Positions 22,590 to 31,367 of a stretch of DNA of 36,582 nt are shown here, piece by piece. The stretch comes from Thermoplasmatota archaeon (GTDB lineage: Archaea; Thermoplasmatota; Thermoplasmata; SG8-5; JACRNV01): the NCBI GenBank assembly GCA_040753455.1, contig JBFMEL010000003.1, forward strand, positions 1-36,582, in the 5' to 3' direction. A model generated the notes under the pieces. The model did not search any database. It was not told the DNA's origin and worked only from the letters and a program-made list of their open reading frames with translations. Both the position numbers and the translations under genes were made by a program. The stretch's first letter is position 1; each line of letters begins with the position of its first letter.

Positions 22590-23459
22590 ATGCCCGAGGA
22601 GTTCTGGCGCTGGACAGAATCGAGATGGACCTCCCCCGAGATCGATTGGAGGGCGGGGAAGATCATCTCTGCAGGCGTGGATGTAGGCTCTGTGAGCACG
22701 CAGGCTGTGGTGATGGTGGATGGGAAGCTGTACTGCTACAGCAACATGAGGACCGGCTCCAGCAGCCCAGACAGCGCCAATAAGGCGATGGCATGGGCGC
22801 TCGAAGGCACGGGGCTGGAGATAGCGAACCTTCATTACACCGTGGGCACAGGCTATGGCAGGGTGAACGTGCCGTTCTCGCAAAGAGCAATTACAGAGAT
22901 CGCATGCCATGCGCGTGGAGCAAATTTTATGTACGGTCCCAGCGTGAGGACAGTGCTGGACATGGGCGGGCAGGACTGCAAAGCGATCCGCTGCGACGAG
23001 AAGGGGAAGGTGATGAACTTCCGCATGAACGACAAGTGCGCTGCAGGCACGGGTCGCGGCATGGAGGTCTTCGCGGACCTGCTCTCTCTGCCCATTACCC
23101 AGGTGGGTGAGCTCTCGCTGGATGTGGATGTCGAGCCCCCGCCTGTCAGCAGCACATGCGTGGTCTTTGCAAAGTCCGAGGCTACGGGACTCCTGCGCAA
23201 GGGCTGGCCAAAGAACAAGGTGCTGGCAGCCTACTGCTCTGCAATGGCGCACCGCATCGCCACCCTCTTAGAGCAGATAGGGATAGAGAAGGAGTTTGCG
23301 ATCACAGGCGGGATCGCGAAGAACATAGGGGTGGTGCAGAGGCTGGAGAAGGAGATAGGGATCAAGGCTCTCAAACCAGAGCTCGACACGCAGATCGCAG
23401 GCGCGATCGGTGCAGCGCTCTTCGCAAAGGCGCTGGCAGAGAAGGAGAAAAAAGGATGA
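22590..23459 (+). CDS. bzdQ: Benzoyl-CoA reductase ATP-binding subunit Q
   Basis: N-terminal EFWRW.E, GVDVGSVS, GTGYGRV, DMGGQDCK, NDKCAAGTGRG and SSTCVVFAKSE motifs. Confidence 0.9.
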   Translation: MPEEFWRWTESRWTSPEIDWRAGKIISAGVDVGSVSTQAVVMVDGKLYCYSNMRTGSSSPDSANKAMAWALEGTGLEIANLHYTVGTGYGRVNVPFSQRAITEIACHARGANFMYGPSVRTVLDMGGQDCKAIRCDEKGKVMNFRMNDKCAAGTGRGMEVFADLLSLPITQVGELSLDVDVEPPPVSSTCVVFAKSEATGLLRKGWPKNKVLAAYCSAMAHRIATLLEQIGIEKEFAITGGIAKNIGVVQRLEKEIGIKALKPELDTQIAGAIGAALFAKALAEKEKKG

Positions 23460-23743
23460 AAGCCAGCTATGGCTACACTGACGGCTCAGGGGGATACTAC
23501 ATCATCGTGGACACGGAGCAGTGCACAGCATGCGGGTTGTGCGTCCAGGCATGCAGATGGGGCGTGATGGAGGTGGGCGAGGACGAGCACGACCCGCTCA
23601 GCGATCGTTTAGTTGCTAAGGTCTCCGAGGCTCACAGGAAGAAGATAAAATATTCCTGCGCGCAGTGCAAGCCCGCCTCCAAGCAGATCATACCGCCATG
23701 CATATCCTCATGCGCCCCCAAGGCAATAGAGCACAGCTGGTGA
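23456..23743 (+). CDS. bzdM: BzdM-like ferredoxin
   Basis: YGYTDGSG.YYI, CTACGLCVQAC and KYSCAQCKP...PCISSC...IEHSW; ATGA overlap with bzdQ. Confidence 0.85.
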   Translation: MKASYGYTDGSGGYYIIVDTEQCTACGLCVQACRWGVMEVGEDEHDPLSDRLVAKVSEAHRKKIKYSCAQCKPASKQIIPPCISSCAPKAIEHSW

Positions 23744-23761
23744 GCGCTCCATGGAGGGGTG

Positions 23762-24244
23762 ATGGGTTCGAATGTCCGGGATGTAGTAAGGGGGGCAATA
23801 GCCCGCAGGGGGGCAGCCCCGATCCAGATCCTGCAGGATGTGCAGCAGGCGCTCGGCTACGTGCCCGAGATCGCTGTCGATATGATGGCTGAGGAGCTGG
23901 AGATCCCTGCCACGCAGATATACGGGATACTGACGTTCTATGCCCAGTTCAGGCTTGCGCCCCCTGGGAAGCATTCGCTGAGGGTGTGCCAGGGCACTGC
24001 CTGCCATGTGATGGGCAGCGAGCGCATCCTGGACTATCTCCAGGGCGTCTTGGGCGTTGGCGTGGGCGAGACCACTGAGGACAGGCGCTTCACACTCGAG
24101 CGCGTGGCATGCGTCGGCTGCTGCGGCATGGCGCCCGTGGTCGTGTTAGATGGAGTGCCACATGGCAATATGAGCATCCGCGCTGTCGAAGCGCTCATAG
24201 GCGCGTATGGTAAGAGCGCTCACGGGCATAGTGCTGAGGTTTGA
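23762..24244 (+). CDS. NuoE/HydC-like [2Fe-2S] subunit
   Basis: ILQDVQ...GY, TFYAQF, CQGTAC and CVGCCGMAP motifs. Confidence 0.92.
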   Translation: MGSNVRDVVRGAIARRGAAPIQILQDVQQALGYVPEIAVDMMAEELEIPATQIYGILTFYAQFRLAPPGKHSLRVCQGTACHVMGSERILDYLQGVLGVGVGETTEDRRFTLERVACVGCCGMAPVVVLDGVPHGNMSIRAVEALIGAYGKSAHGHSAEV

Positions 24245-24393
24245 GAAGGGGCGCTGGTGGGCTTGGGAAACCAACTTCGCAGAGGTGTAGGGAAAATAGA
24301 TATAGGGGGTCGGGGATAGGGACTCGTGAAGGCTATGAACGGCAGCAGAGAGGTACGTCAACCCGAGATCTGGAGTATATGAGGAATGAAAAC

Positions 24394-24684
24394 ATGGAAA
24401 GAAAAAAGCACATAGACATTTGCATACGGCATTTATTCTGTATACTGTTAATACTAGCTTTATTTTGTTTTTTTATTTTACTACCTAATAAAAGATTTGT
24501 ATTTGGCTCAATTCTTGTCTTATTGACATCTCTTTATGTTATAAACTTATGGTTCGATCACCAGATTCGGCAAAAACAGTTAGATTATAAATTATATATT
24601 AAGAAACGAGTTTTGATTACAGTTATTGTAGCTATTATATTTTTAGTCGTAGCAACATTAATAATTTACTGGTACGGAGGATGA
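24394..24684 (+). CDS. Small AT-rich membrane protein (about 3 TM helices)
   Basis: Three hydrophobic stretches; GAGG upstream; AT-rich codon usage unlike the flanking genes. Confidence 0.6.
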   Translation: MERKKHIDICIRHLFCILLILALFCFFILLPNKRFVFGSILVLLTSLYVINLWFDHQIRQKQLDYKLYIKKRVLITVIVAIIFLVVATLIIYWYGG

Positions 24685-24751
24685 AATAACCTTGAACGTA
24701 GTATGTAATGTTTCTGTTTCCCAAATTTATGAGAAAAAAGAAGAGGAAAAA

Positions 24752-25142
24752 ATGTCAAACAAAAAATTAGTTGTATTAGGCATGACTGTAGCCTTAGCGA
24801 TAGCAACATTAATCCAGACCTCAATGATTGTGGTGGCACTGCCGCCCACAGTGACTTACCACAGTCCCACTGGATCGACCGCACCAGTGAGTTCCTACAT
24901 TGAGGTTGCATTTGACAAAATTATGAATCATGCAAGGATTAGGAGGTGTATCCGTGGATGGTATGGGCTTTAATGTTGGGTTAATAGGCACCTCAGAAAT
25001 TCTAAAGGATCCGTTCGATGAGATCACTACTCCAATCACTGCTTTCACTGCAGGATTTTTAAATGGTGTCTGTCTCTTCGTAGACGGTGTAGGCATAATC
25101 CAAAATACTGAAACTATGTTGGCTGGACTTGCAGGTGGTTAA
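24752..25142 (+). pseudogene. Chimeric remnant: signal peptide + Ig-domain start, then an out-of-frame Gly-rich hydrophobic C-terminal fragment
   Basis: MSNKKLVVLG...LPPTVTYHSPTGSTAPVSSYIEVAFDKIMNH matches the N-terminus of 25785-28685. Similarity stops at 24931, and another frame (24930-25142) then reads QGLGGVSVDG...MLAGLAGG*. Confidence 0.6.
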
Positions 25143-25964
25143 ACAGATGAGAATGAACAATGATTTTGGAAGACTATTATACGCTCCTAACAAATATAGG
25201 GAACCCCATGAAGCGAAAAAACATGCGATGAGATTATTTCGTACAGTGTTTTTTCTTACGCTTGGACTTTATCTCTTTCTAATAATCTTAGATATAATCA
25301 ATGGATTCAATTTCGAATCCTCATTATCATTTTATTTTGTTCTACTTCTCGGTTTTTCTGTTATTTGGGTTATGTTATTTGTGTGGTATTTAGTATTTCA
25401 AAAAACGAATTGGTCAGCGATTTTTGAAAAGGGAATAGCCCCTCCTATGATTCCTCTAAAATATGCTAAAGAGGGGAAGAGATTTATACCATATCAAGAA
25501 ATAGAAAGAATCACTATCAAAAGAGACGAAGTGGTGGATTACTATGGAAAAAAGCATTGCTGGCACTTTGTCTTTCACCTAAAAGATGGTGTACAAGTAG
25601 ATATGTTTCGTTCATCATTAATGACTCACGACACAGAAGAAAATATTGAGCGAGAATATCAGATATTAAAATATATTATGGACCACCTTGATGAAAAAGT
25701 AGAGTTTACAGCAGAAGAAATCGGAGTTCAACCAATGAGTGAAGATTTTTATAGGGATTTTGTTACCGATAAAGAGGAGTGCTGATGAATAAAAGAAAGG
25801 TTATAACCGCAACTCTACTTATTATTATGATTGCAACAGTCTCAATCCAGACATCGATGATTGCCGCGGCGCTGCCGCCCACAGTGACTTACCACAGTCC
25901 TACTGGATCGACCGCCCCAGTGAGTTCCTACATTGAGGTTGCATTTGACAAAATTATGAATCAT
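24839..25964 (+). repeat. 93-bp direct repeat (24839-24931 and 25872-25964), 2 mismatches
   Basis: CTGCCGCCCACAGTGACTTACCACAGTCC(C/T)ACTGGATCGACCGC(A/C)CCAGTGAG...ATTATGAATCAT read in both places. Confidence 0.95.
25147..25785 (+). CDS. Membrane protein, 2 TM helices plus a PH-like soluble domain
   Basis: Two TM segments followed by IFEKGI...FIPYQEIERI (bacterial PH-like pattern); AT-rich; TGATG-coupled to the next gene. Confidence 0.7.
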   Translation: MRMNNDFGRLLYAPNKYREPHEAKKHAMRLFRTVFFLTLGLYLFLIILDIINGFNFESSLSFYFVLLLGFSVIWVMLFVWYLVFQKTNWSAIFEKGIAPPMIPLKYAKEGKRFIPYQEIERITIKRDEVVDYYGKKHCWHFVFHLKDGVQVDMFRSSLMTHDTEENIEREYQILKYIMDHLDEKVEFTAEEIGVQPMSEDFYRDFVTDKEEC

Positions 25965-28685
25965 ACTTCATTGGAGGCGGCGTTTTCGATTACCCCTTTT
26001 GTAAGCGGAACATTCTTTTTCGAAGTAGAACCCACAACTTCATTGGTATACATCCCAGATTCTGATCTCGCATATGGCACGACTTACAATGTTAGTATAA
26101 ATGGAAGTGTAGCAAAGGACCAGGCTGGAGAGTTCTTAGATGGAGATGGAGACGGAATAGCAGAGGGGAGTCCAATCGATGATTACAGTTGGGAGTTCAC
26201 CACGGAACTACCAGATACAACACCACCCACAGTTACTACAGCGAATCCAACAGGAACAGATGTGTCGATCACCTCAATAATCACAATTTCATTCAACGAA
26301 AGCATGAATCAAAGCTCTGTTGAAGCAGCATTTTCAATATTTCCACCGATTGGGGGAAACTTTTCATGGGGAGAAGAGCTTGGTGTCAACACGGTGGGTT
26401 TCTATCCCTTAACCAACCTAGCAACAAGTACAACATATAATGTAACAATTAATGCCAGTATCGCAAAGGACATAAATGGGAATTACTTAGATGGTAATGG
26501 TAATAGCACTGCAGAGGGATCACCAACTGATGATTATACCTGGAATTTCACAACAGAAGCCGTGGATTTGATACCGCCTAATGTGACTTATGCGTCTCCA
26601 GTCAGCATAAATATCAATGTGGCAAGCAATATAATCATTAGGTTTAGTGAATATATGAACCATACTTCTGTTGAGGAGGCCTTTCTATTATCTCCATCGG
26701 TCATCGGTACATTCTCGGAAGTGGATTCTTATGGAGAGACAACACTAACTTTTGACCCGGATACTAATTTGGCCTATGGCACAACTTACAATGTTAGTAT
26801 AAATGGAAGTATCGCTAAAGATCTAGCGGAAAATTATCTTGACGGGAACAAAAATGGAACCTCAGAAGGTAGCCCGGTAGACGACTATAACTGGTCATTT
26901 ACTACTAAACCGCCGGATGTTACACCACCTACAATAACATTCTCGACACCAACTGGAATTAATGTGCCTGTCAATACAAACATAACTATCAAGTTTAGTG
27001 AATTTGTAAACTACACATCTGTAGAAATTGCCTTTACCATTTTTCCTAGTGGGACGGGAACATTTGTATTTGAGGATGAGGGAATTACATATATGGTTTT
27101 TGACCCCGATATAGCTCTTTCATATGGAACAACATATCACATCACCTTGAATGCTAGTGTAGCAAAGGACCTATTTGGAAACTATTTAGATGGAAATGGA
27201 AACGGAATAGCAGAGGGGAGTTCAACCGATGATTACAGGTGGGAATTCACTACAGAACAAGAATCCATCCCCCCGACTGTTATATCTCATTCGTCTACAG
27301 GATCCGGGGTTCTCGTTTCGACCAATATTACTATTCTGTTCAGTGAATCTATGAACAAGACCTCTGTAGAACAGGCCTTCAATTGCACGCCGTACATTTC
27401 TGGAACATTTAATTGGAACGGAAACAACAATGTGAGTTTTGTACCTGATATGGAGCTTGAATATAATACCACATACAACATAACCTTGAACTCAAGTATC
27501 GCTAAAGACAGCTCTGGAACTCTCCTAGATGGCAATAGCAATGGAACAGCAGACGGATCCCCAATTGATGACTATTCGTGGACTTTCAAGACAGAGCAAG
27601 CGCCGGACACTGCCCCACCCATTGTAATTGGCAACTCCCCTAAAGGTCTTGGCGTCAACGTGGCATCAATCATATCCATAACTTTCAGTGAATTGATGAG
27701 CCAAAGCTCTGTTGAGGCTGCATTTTCAATGTTTCCCGCTGTCTCGGGCTCGTTCAGTTGGAGTGGGAATATTTTCAGTTTCACTCCAACGGTGAATCTT
27801 TCTCATGATACAGCCTACTCGGTTATGGTTAACGGCTCTCTGGCAAAAGATCTTTCGGGCAACACCCTGGACGGTAACGGAAATGGCGTGGCACAGGGTT
27901 CGCCCGTTGACGACTTTGTCTGGACGTTCACCACAGTTCCAGACACGACAGCTCCAGCCGCTATCATGGATCTGGTTGCAACGCTGGGTCCTACCAATAG
28001 CGTCAATCTGACGTGGACGGCTCCAGGAGACGACGGTAACGTAGGAACGGCCACCAGCTACGACATAAGATATTCAACTGTCCCGATAAATGAGACCAAC
28101 TGGGCGAATGCTATATATGTAACCGGCGAGCCGACACCATCTGTTGCCGGCACTGTACAATGGATGTCCATTTCCGGGCTGACCGAAGGTTATACCTACT
28201 ACTTTGCAATGGTTGCATCGGATGAGGTGCCAAACCACTCCCCGCTGTCGAACGTCGCCAATGTAACCATCGAGGAGTCGGCGGACACAACGCCACCTGC
28301 GGCCCCGACTGGGCTGGCGGCTACCACCGAGACTACCGGCATCAGGGTAGCCTGGAGCGCGGTCGCGGACGCAAGCTTCTATTCGATCTACCGGAGCACG
28401 GACGGCGTCGCCTTCGAGCTGCTAGCTAACGTCACTGCCACTTCGTATCTAGACACCGCCGGTCTGGTGAGCGGCACGACATACTATTACATAGTGACAG
28501 CGATTGACGCCGCTGGCAACGAATCCCCGAACTCTACCACCGCGCACGCGACGTGGACTGTGCCGTCGCCGGACGATGGAAGTGATTACACGATCGTAAT
28601 CGTTGTAATCGCAATAGGATTAATCCTAGGCGCAATCGTAGGCTCCAAACTTCTCAGGCACAGGAAGGGCGGGAAGACCGAATAA
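25785..28685 (+). CDS. Cell-surface protein: signal peptide, 6 Ig-like (Big_5/SbsA-type) repeats, 2 FN3-like domains, C-terminal TM anchor
   Basis: Six units PP.V....P...F...MN..SVE.AF...LDGN.NG...GSP.DDY.W.FTT, then LTWTAPGDDG...YDIRYS, PPAAPTGL...YYYIVTAID.AGNES, a hydrophobic helix and a basic tail. Confidence 0.9.
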   Translation: MNKRKVITATLLIIMIATVSIQTSMIAAALPPTVTYHSPTGSTAPVSSYIEVAFDKIMNHTSLEAAFSITPFVSGTFFFEVEPTTSLVYIPDSDLAYGTTYNVSINGSVAKDQAGEFLDGDGDGIAEGSPIDDYSWEFTTELPDTTPPTVTTANPTGTDVSITSIITISFNESMNQSSVEAAFSIFPPIGGNFSWGEELGVNTVGFYPLTNLATSTTYNVTINASIAKDINGNYLDGNGNSTAEGSPTDDYTWNFTTEAVDLIPPNVTYASPVSININVASNIIIRFSEYMNHTSVEEAFLLSPSVIGTFSEVDSYGETTLTFDPDTNLAYGTTYNVSINGSIAKDLAENYLDGNKNGTSEGSPVDDYNWSFTTKPPDVTPPTITFSTPTGINVPVNTNITIKFSEFVNYTSVEIAFTIFPSGTGTFVFEDEGITYMVFDPDIALSYGTTYHITLNASVAKDLFGNYLDGNGNGIAEGSSTDDYRWEFTTEQESIPPTVISHSSTGSGVLVSTNITILFSESMNKTSVEQAFNCTPYISGTFNWNGNNNVSFVPDMELEYNTTYNITLNSSIAKDSSGTLLDGNSNGTADGSPIDDYSWTFKTEQAPDTAPPIVIGNSPKGLGVNVASIISITFSELMSQSSVEAAFSMFPAVSGSFSWSGNIFSFTPTVNLSHDTAYSVMVNGSLAKDLSGNTLDGNGNGVAQGSPVDDFVWTFTTVPDTTAPAAIMDLVATLGPTNSVNLTWTAPGDDGNVGTATSYDIRYSTVPINETNWANAIYVTGEPTPSVAGTVQWMSISGLTEGYTYYFAMVASDEVPNHSPLSNVANVTIEESADTTPPAAPTGLAATTETTGIRVAWSAVADASFYSIYRSTDGVAFELLANVTATSYLDTAGLVSGTTYYYIVTAIDAAGNESPNSTTAHATWTVPSPDDGSDYTIVIVVIAIGLILGAIVGSKLLRHRKGGKTE

Positions 28686-28732
28686 CACGCGGAGAACAGC
28701 CTCTGAGGTAGAGTCGAATAAACTCGAATCCC

Positions 28733-28789
28733 GCTATTACGGCAAACAAGCGTTGGCTATTACGGCAATAGACGGTTGCCGCAGGTAGC
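28733..28789. repeat. Subterminal repeats at the end of a transposon remnant
   Basis: GCTATTACGGCAA at 28733-28745 and 28756-28768, plus a degenerate inverted copy TTGCCGCAGGTAGC at 28776-28789. Confidence 0.7.
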
Positions 28790-28798
28790 CAGTATCTC

Positions 28799-29389
28799 TC
28801 ACTCGACGGAAACCCCCATGAGCGATTTTGCCTCTGCTCTGCTCTCTGGCTGCACCCTGATGAATCGTCGTGCCATCCCTGCCAGGGAGCCGTAGACAGC
28901 CTGAACATATTCTCTGTCAGTTAGGTTCAGTGCCAAGAGCATCCCTACGCCTTCTCGCTGTACCTGCGCCTCGACATCCTCATTCCCCTTTATGCGTCGT
29001 CCGTGTCTCCGTGTTTTACGGAAGTCGCTTTCATCTGGTGTATTCGTTCTTGGAAGTTTTCTGATAACGTTTCTCCCGTTGACTTTGACCCTGACATTTG
29101 GGGCGAACAACTCTTCCCTGTGCTCTTCGATAAGATTGCCTACCTTCCGTAGTGCCTTTTTCAATTCCCGGGAGTGATGATCGGTTGCACCGCGTTCATC
29201 GAACTCCTGGCTCTTCTCGAGCACCCGGTCGAGTTTCTTCCTGCCCTTTTCGAGGTCTTTCTCCGACAGGGAGATACGCGTGCTCAGGGGGATGGGACCG
29301 TTCCGGTATCTGAGCGCCTTCCTGACACGCTGGAACCATGACCAACGTATCTTCAGGGCTTCGAAATCCGAGTGCAATTTGCCAAGCAC
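28799..29389 (-). pseudogene. 5'-truncated transposase (C-terminal part)
   Basis: LPRTNTPDESDFRKTRRHGRRIKG resembles the RTNN..E..FR..RR motif of DDE transposases; basic composition; no N-terminal half or SD. Confidence 0.6.
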
Positions 29390-29590
29390 TATGGGTGGTG
29401 GTCGCAGCAGCCGCAGGGATGTGGAAGCAATATCTCATCCTCCCGAGGACAAAGCCCCAACGCCAATGGAACCAAGGGGGCGCTGGAGGTGAAATGCTGA
29501 TGGAACCTTCTGCACGACATACACTGGAGCGCAAAAGAGGCAGCGAGCACGCAGCAATCGGGGTGTGCGCGCTGATACGAACGAGAAGCG

Positions 29591-29637
29591 AAAGATGCAA
29601 AAGAAACAAAAGAAAAGTTTTTGCATCCCTTGTTTCT
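29591..29637. promoter_or_regulatory. Repeat/inverted-repeat operator-like array upstream of the ATPase gene
   Basis: AAAGATGCA-AAAGAAACA-AAAGAAAAG 9-bp tandem units, followed by inverted TTTTGCATC and TTGTTTCT. Confidence 0.5.
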
Positions 29638-29653
29638 ATTGGTCGTGATATCC

Positions 29654-30805
29654 ATGGCTAACCCGTTCATGCGTTCCACGGGCAATCCGCCGAGAAAGTT
29701 CGTTGGCAGGGAGTTGGAACTGTCGGAGTTGATGCGTGCGCTTGATCATACCAAAGCAGGGATGCCAGAGCACACGATTATGTTCGGGCAGTTCGGCATC
29801 GGGAAGACCTCGCTACTCATCGAGTTCCGAGCGCGCGCAAAAGACGTATATGCTGTCAGGATACCGTTGTTCGCCACCGGCGATATATCGGAGATATGCG
29901 ACATTGTGCTGAGAGAGGCAAGAAGTCAGCTCGATCTCAAACCGCAAAAATTGAGGGGTCGCTTGGTCCAATTCGGGTTCACCGTCTTCGGTACTGGCGC
30001 GAGCCTCACCCTCGGCAAAGTGCAAATGAATCCCCAGTCCGCGCTCAAGGAGATCCTAGCCACGATCCATCACCAACTTCCTGAGGGGTCCACGCTGGTC
30101 CTGATGCTCGACGATCTCCACCGCATCACAGGCGAAGGAGGGATGGACGCTAGGAAGGTCTTCACCGTGCTGAGCAATGTGCTCCTTCAATTGAACCAAG
30201 ATAAAAGAAAAATAATGTTCGTGGGCACAGGTTCCCACGACATCCTCAGGATTATTCGCGCACACGACGAAGCGAGCGTTCGAATATTCCACCCGCAGGA
30301 GGTCCCGCCGCTGTCGCTTGAAGAGACACGCGCTGTAATTCGGGAACATGCTAAAGAGGAGGGGGCGGAGTTCTCTGAGGAGGTAATCACCAAGATTCAC
30401 GAGCTGTCTGAAGGCATCCCATACTACATACACATACTGAGTTATTACTGTTTTGAAGCGCGAGAAGACTCGCAAGTGCGCTCGAACGCCTTCGAGCGAG
30501 GCTTTCCGCGGGCATTGAACGACCTGGCAGAAAAAGAGTTCGAAACGATGTACAAAGGTATTAGCAATGGAGCCAAAAGGGTGCTCGCTGCCATGGTGGA
30601 ATCAAGAAAGAGAACGTTGCGCTACAGTGAGATAAAGAGGCTTGCGGGCAGTGAGGTCTCGGTATATCTGAGTGAATTGAACGAGAAAAATCTTATTGTG
30701 AAGGACGGGCGCGGGAAGTACAGAGCTCGGGACAGGTTATTTGCGGAATACCTGCACTCGCACAAGCCGTATATGAGAAACGGAACCATAGAGGGGCGAG
30801 AATGA
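29654..30805 (+). CDS. Archaeal AAA/STAND ATPase with C-terminal winged-helix domain
   Basis: NPF....FVGRE.E, Walker A GQFGIGKT, Walker B LMLDD, EGIPYY and C-terminal L.EL.EKNLI.K.GRGKY...D.LF motifs. Confidence 0.88.
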   Translation: MANPFMRSTGNPPRKFVGRELELSELMRALDHTKAGMPEHTIMFGQFGIGKTSLLIEFRARAKDVYAVRIPLFATGDISEICDIVLREARSQLDLKPQKLRGRLVQFGFTVFGTGASLTLGKVQMNPQSALKEILATIHHQLPEGSTLVLMLDDLHRITGEGGMDARKVFTVLSNVLLQLNQDKRKIMFVGTGSHDILRIIRAHDEASVRIFHPQEVPPLSLEETRAVIREHAKEEGAEFSEEVITKIHELSEGIPYYIHILSYYCFEAREDSQVRSNAFERGFPRALNDLAEKEFETMYKGISNGAKRVLAAMVESRKRTLRYSEIKRLAGSEVSVYLSELNEKNLIVKDGRGKYRARDRLFAEYLHSHKPYMRNGTIEGRE

Positions 30806-30848
30806 GGGCGGATATTGACGTGATAGAGCAGTTTGTGGGTGAACACCA

Positions 30849-31367
30849 ATGACCGATGCGCAGAGTATCTCACAACCACCACTCATAGGGCGGGACAAGG
30901 AACTAAATGAACTCAAGACCCGCTTAGAGAACGCTTCCCAATCCCAGGGCTCCACTGTCCTCATCTCTGGCGAAGCCGGCATAGGCAAGACCCGCCTGGT
31001 CTCGGAGCTCATCAAGGACGCGGAATCCGGGGGCTGCCAGATCATCCGGGGCTGGTGCCTTGCCGAGAGCCTGGAGCCGCTGTTCCCGTTCAAGACCGCG
31101 TTCCGGGAGGTCGGGATGCACCATCTGATCGCCGGGGCGCCGCCCCCGAAAGTGATCTCGGCGTACCTGATGAACGAGGCTGGGATCCTTGCAGCCAGGG
31201 CGGAGCGCGAGGAGTCCGGGCTGGATCCCGACATCTTCACCTCGATGATGAAGGCGAAGGGCGACTCCTCCAGGGCCAAGGAATATCTCGAAATAGCCCT
31301 CTCCGGGTTCGAGCGCATGGGGATGAAGATGCGGGCTGAGAAAGCGAAGAGGGCGAGGGAGGGATGA
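30849..31367 (+). pseudogene. Internally deleted STAND ATPase-TPR gene (N-terminus fused in frame to the last TPR helix)
   Basis: LIGRDKEL...ISGEAGIGKTRL...GWCL....PLFPF is present but Walker B is not. After DPDIFTSMM (~31250) it jumps to KAKGDSSRAKEYLEIALSGFERMGM, a TPR C-terminus. Confidence 0.75.

Noticed and set aside
25872-27940. Periodic repeats that could suggest a CRISPR array or DGR
   Set aside because: They are ~350-bp coding Ig-domain repeats with no spacers, cas genes or reverse transcriptase; the 93-bp repeat has only two differences, both synonymous.
29396-29590. Short ORFs between the transposase remnant and the ATPase
   Set aside because: No consistent frame, start signal or motif; probably gene debris.
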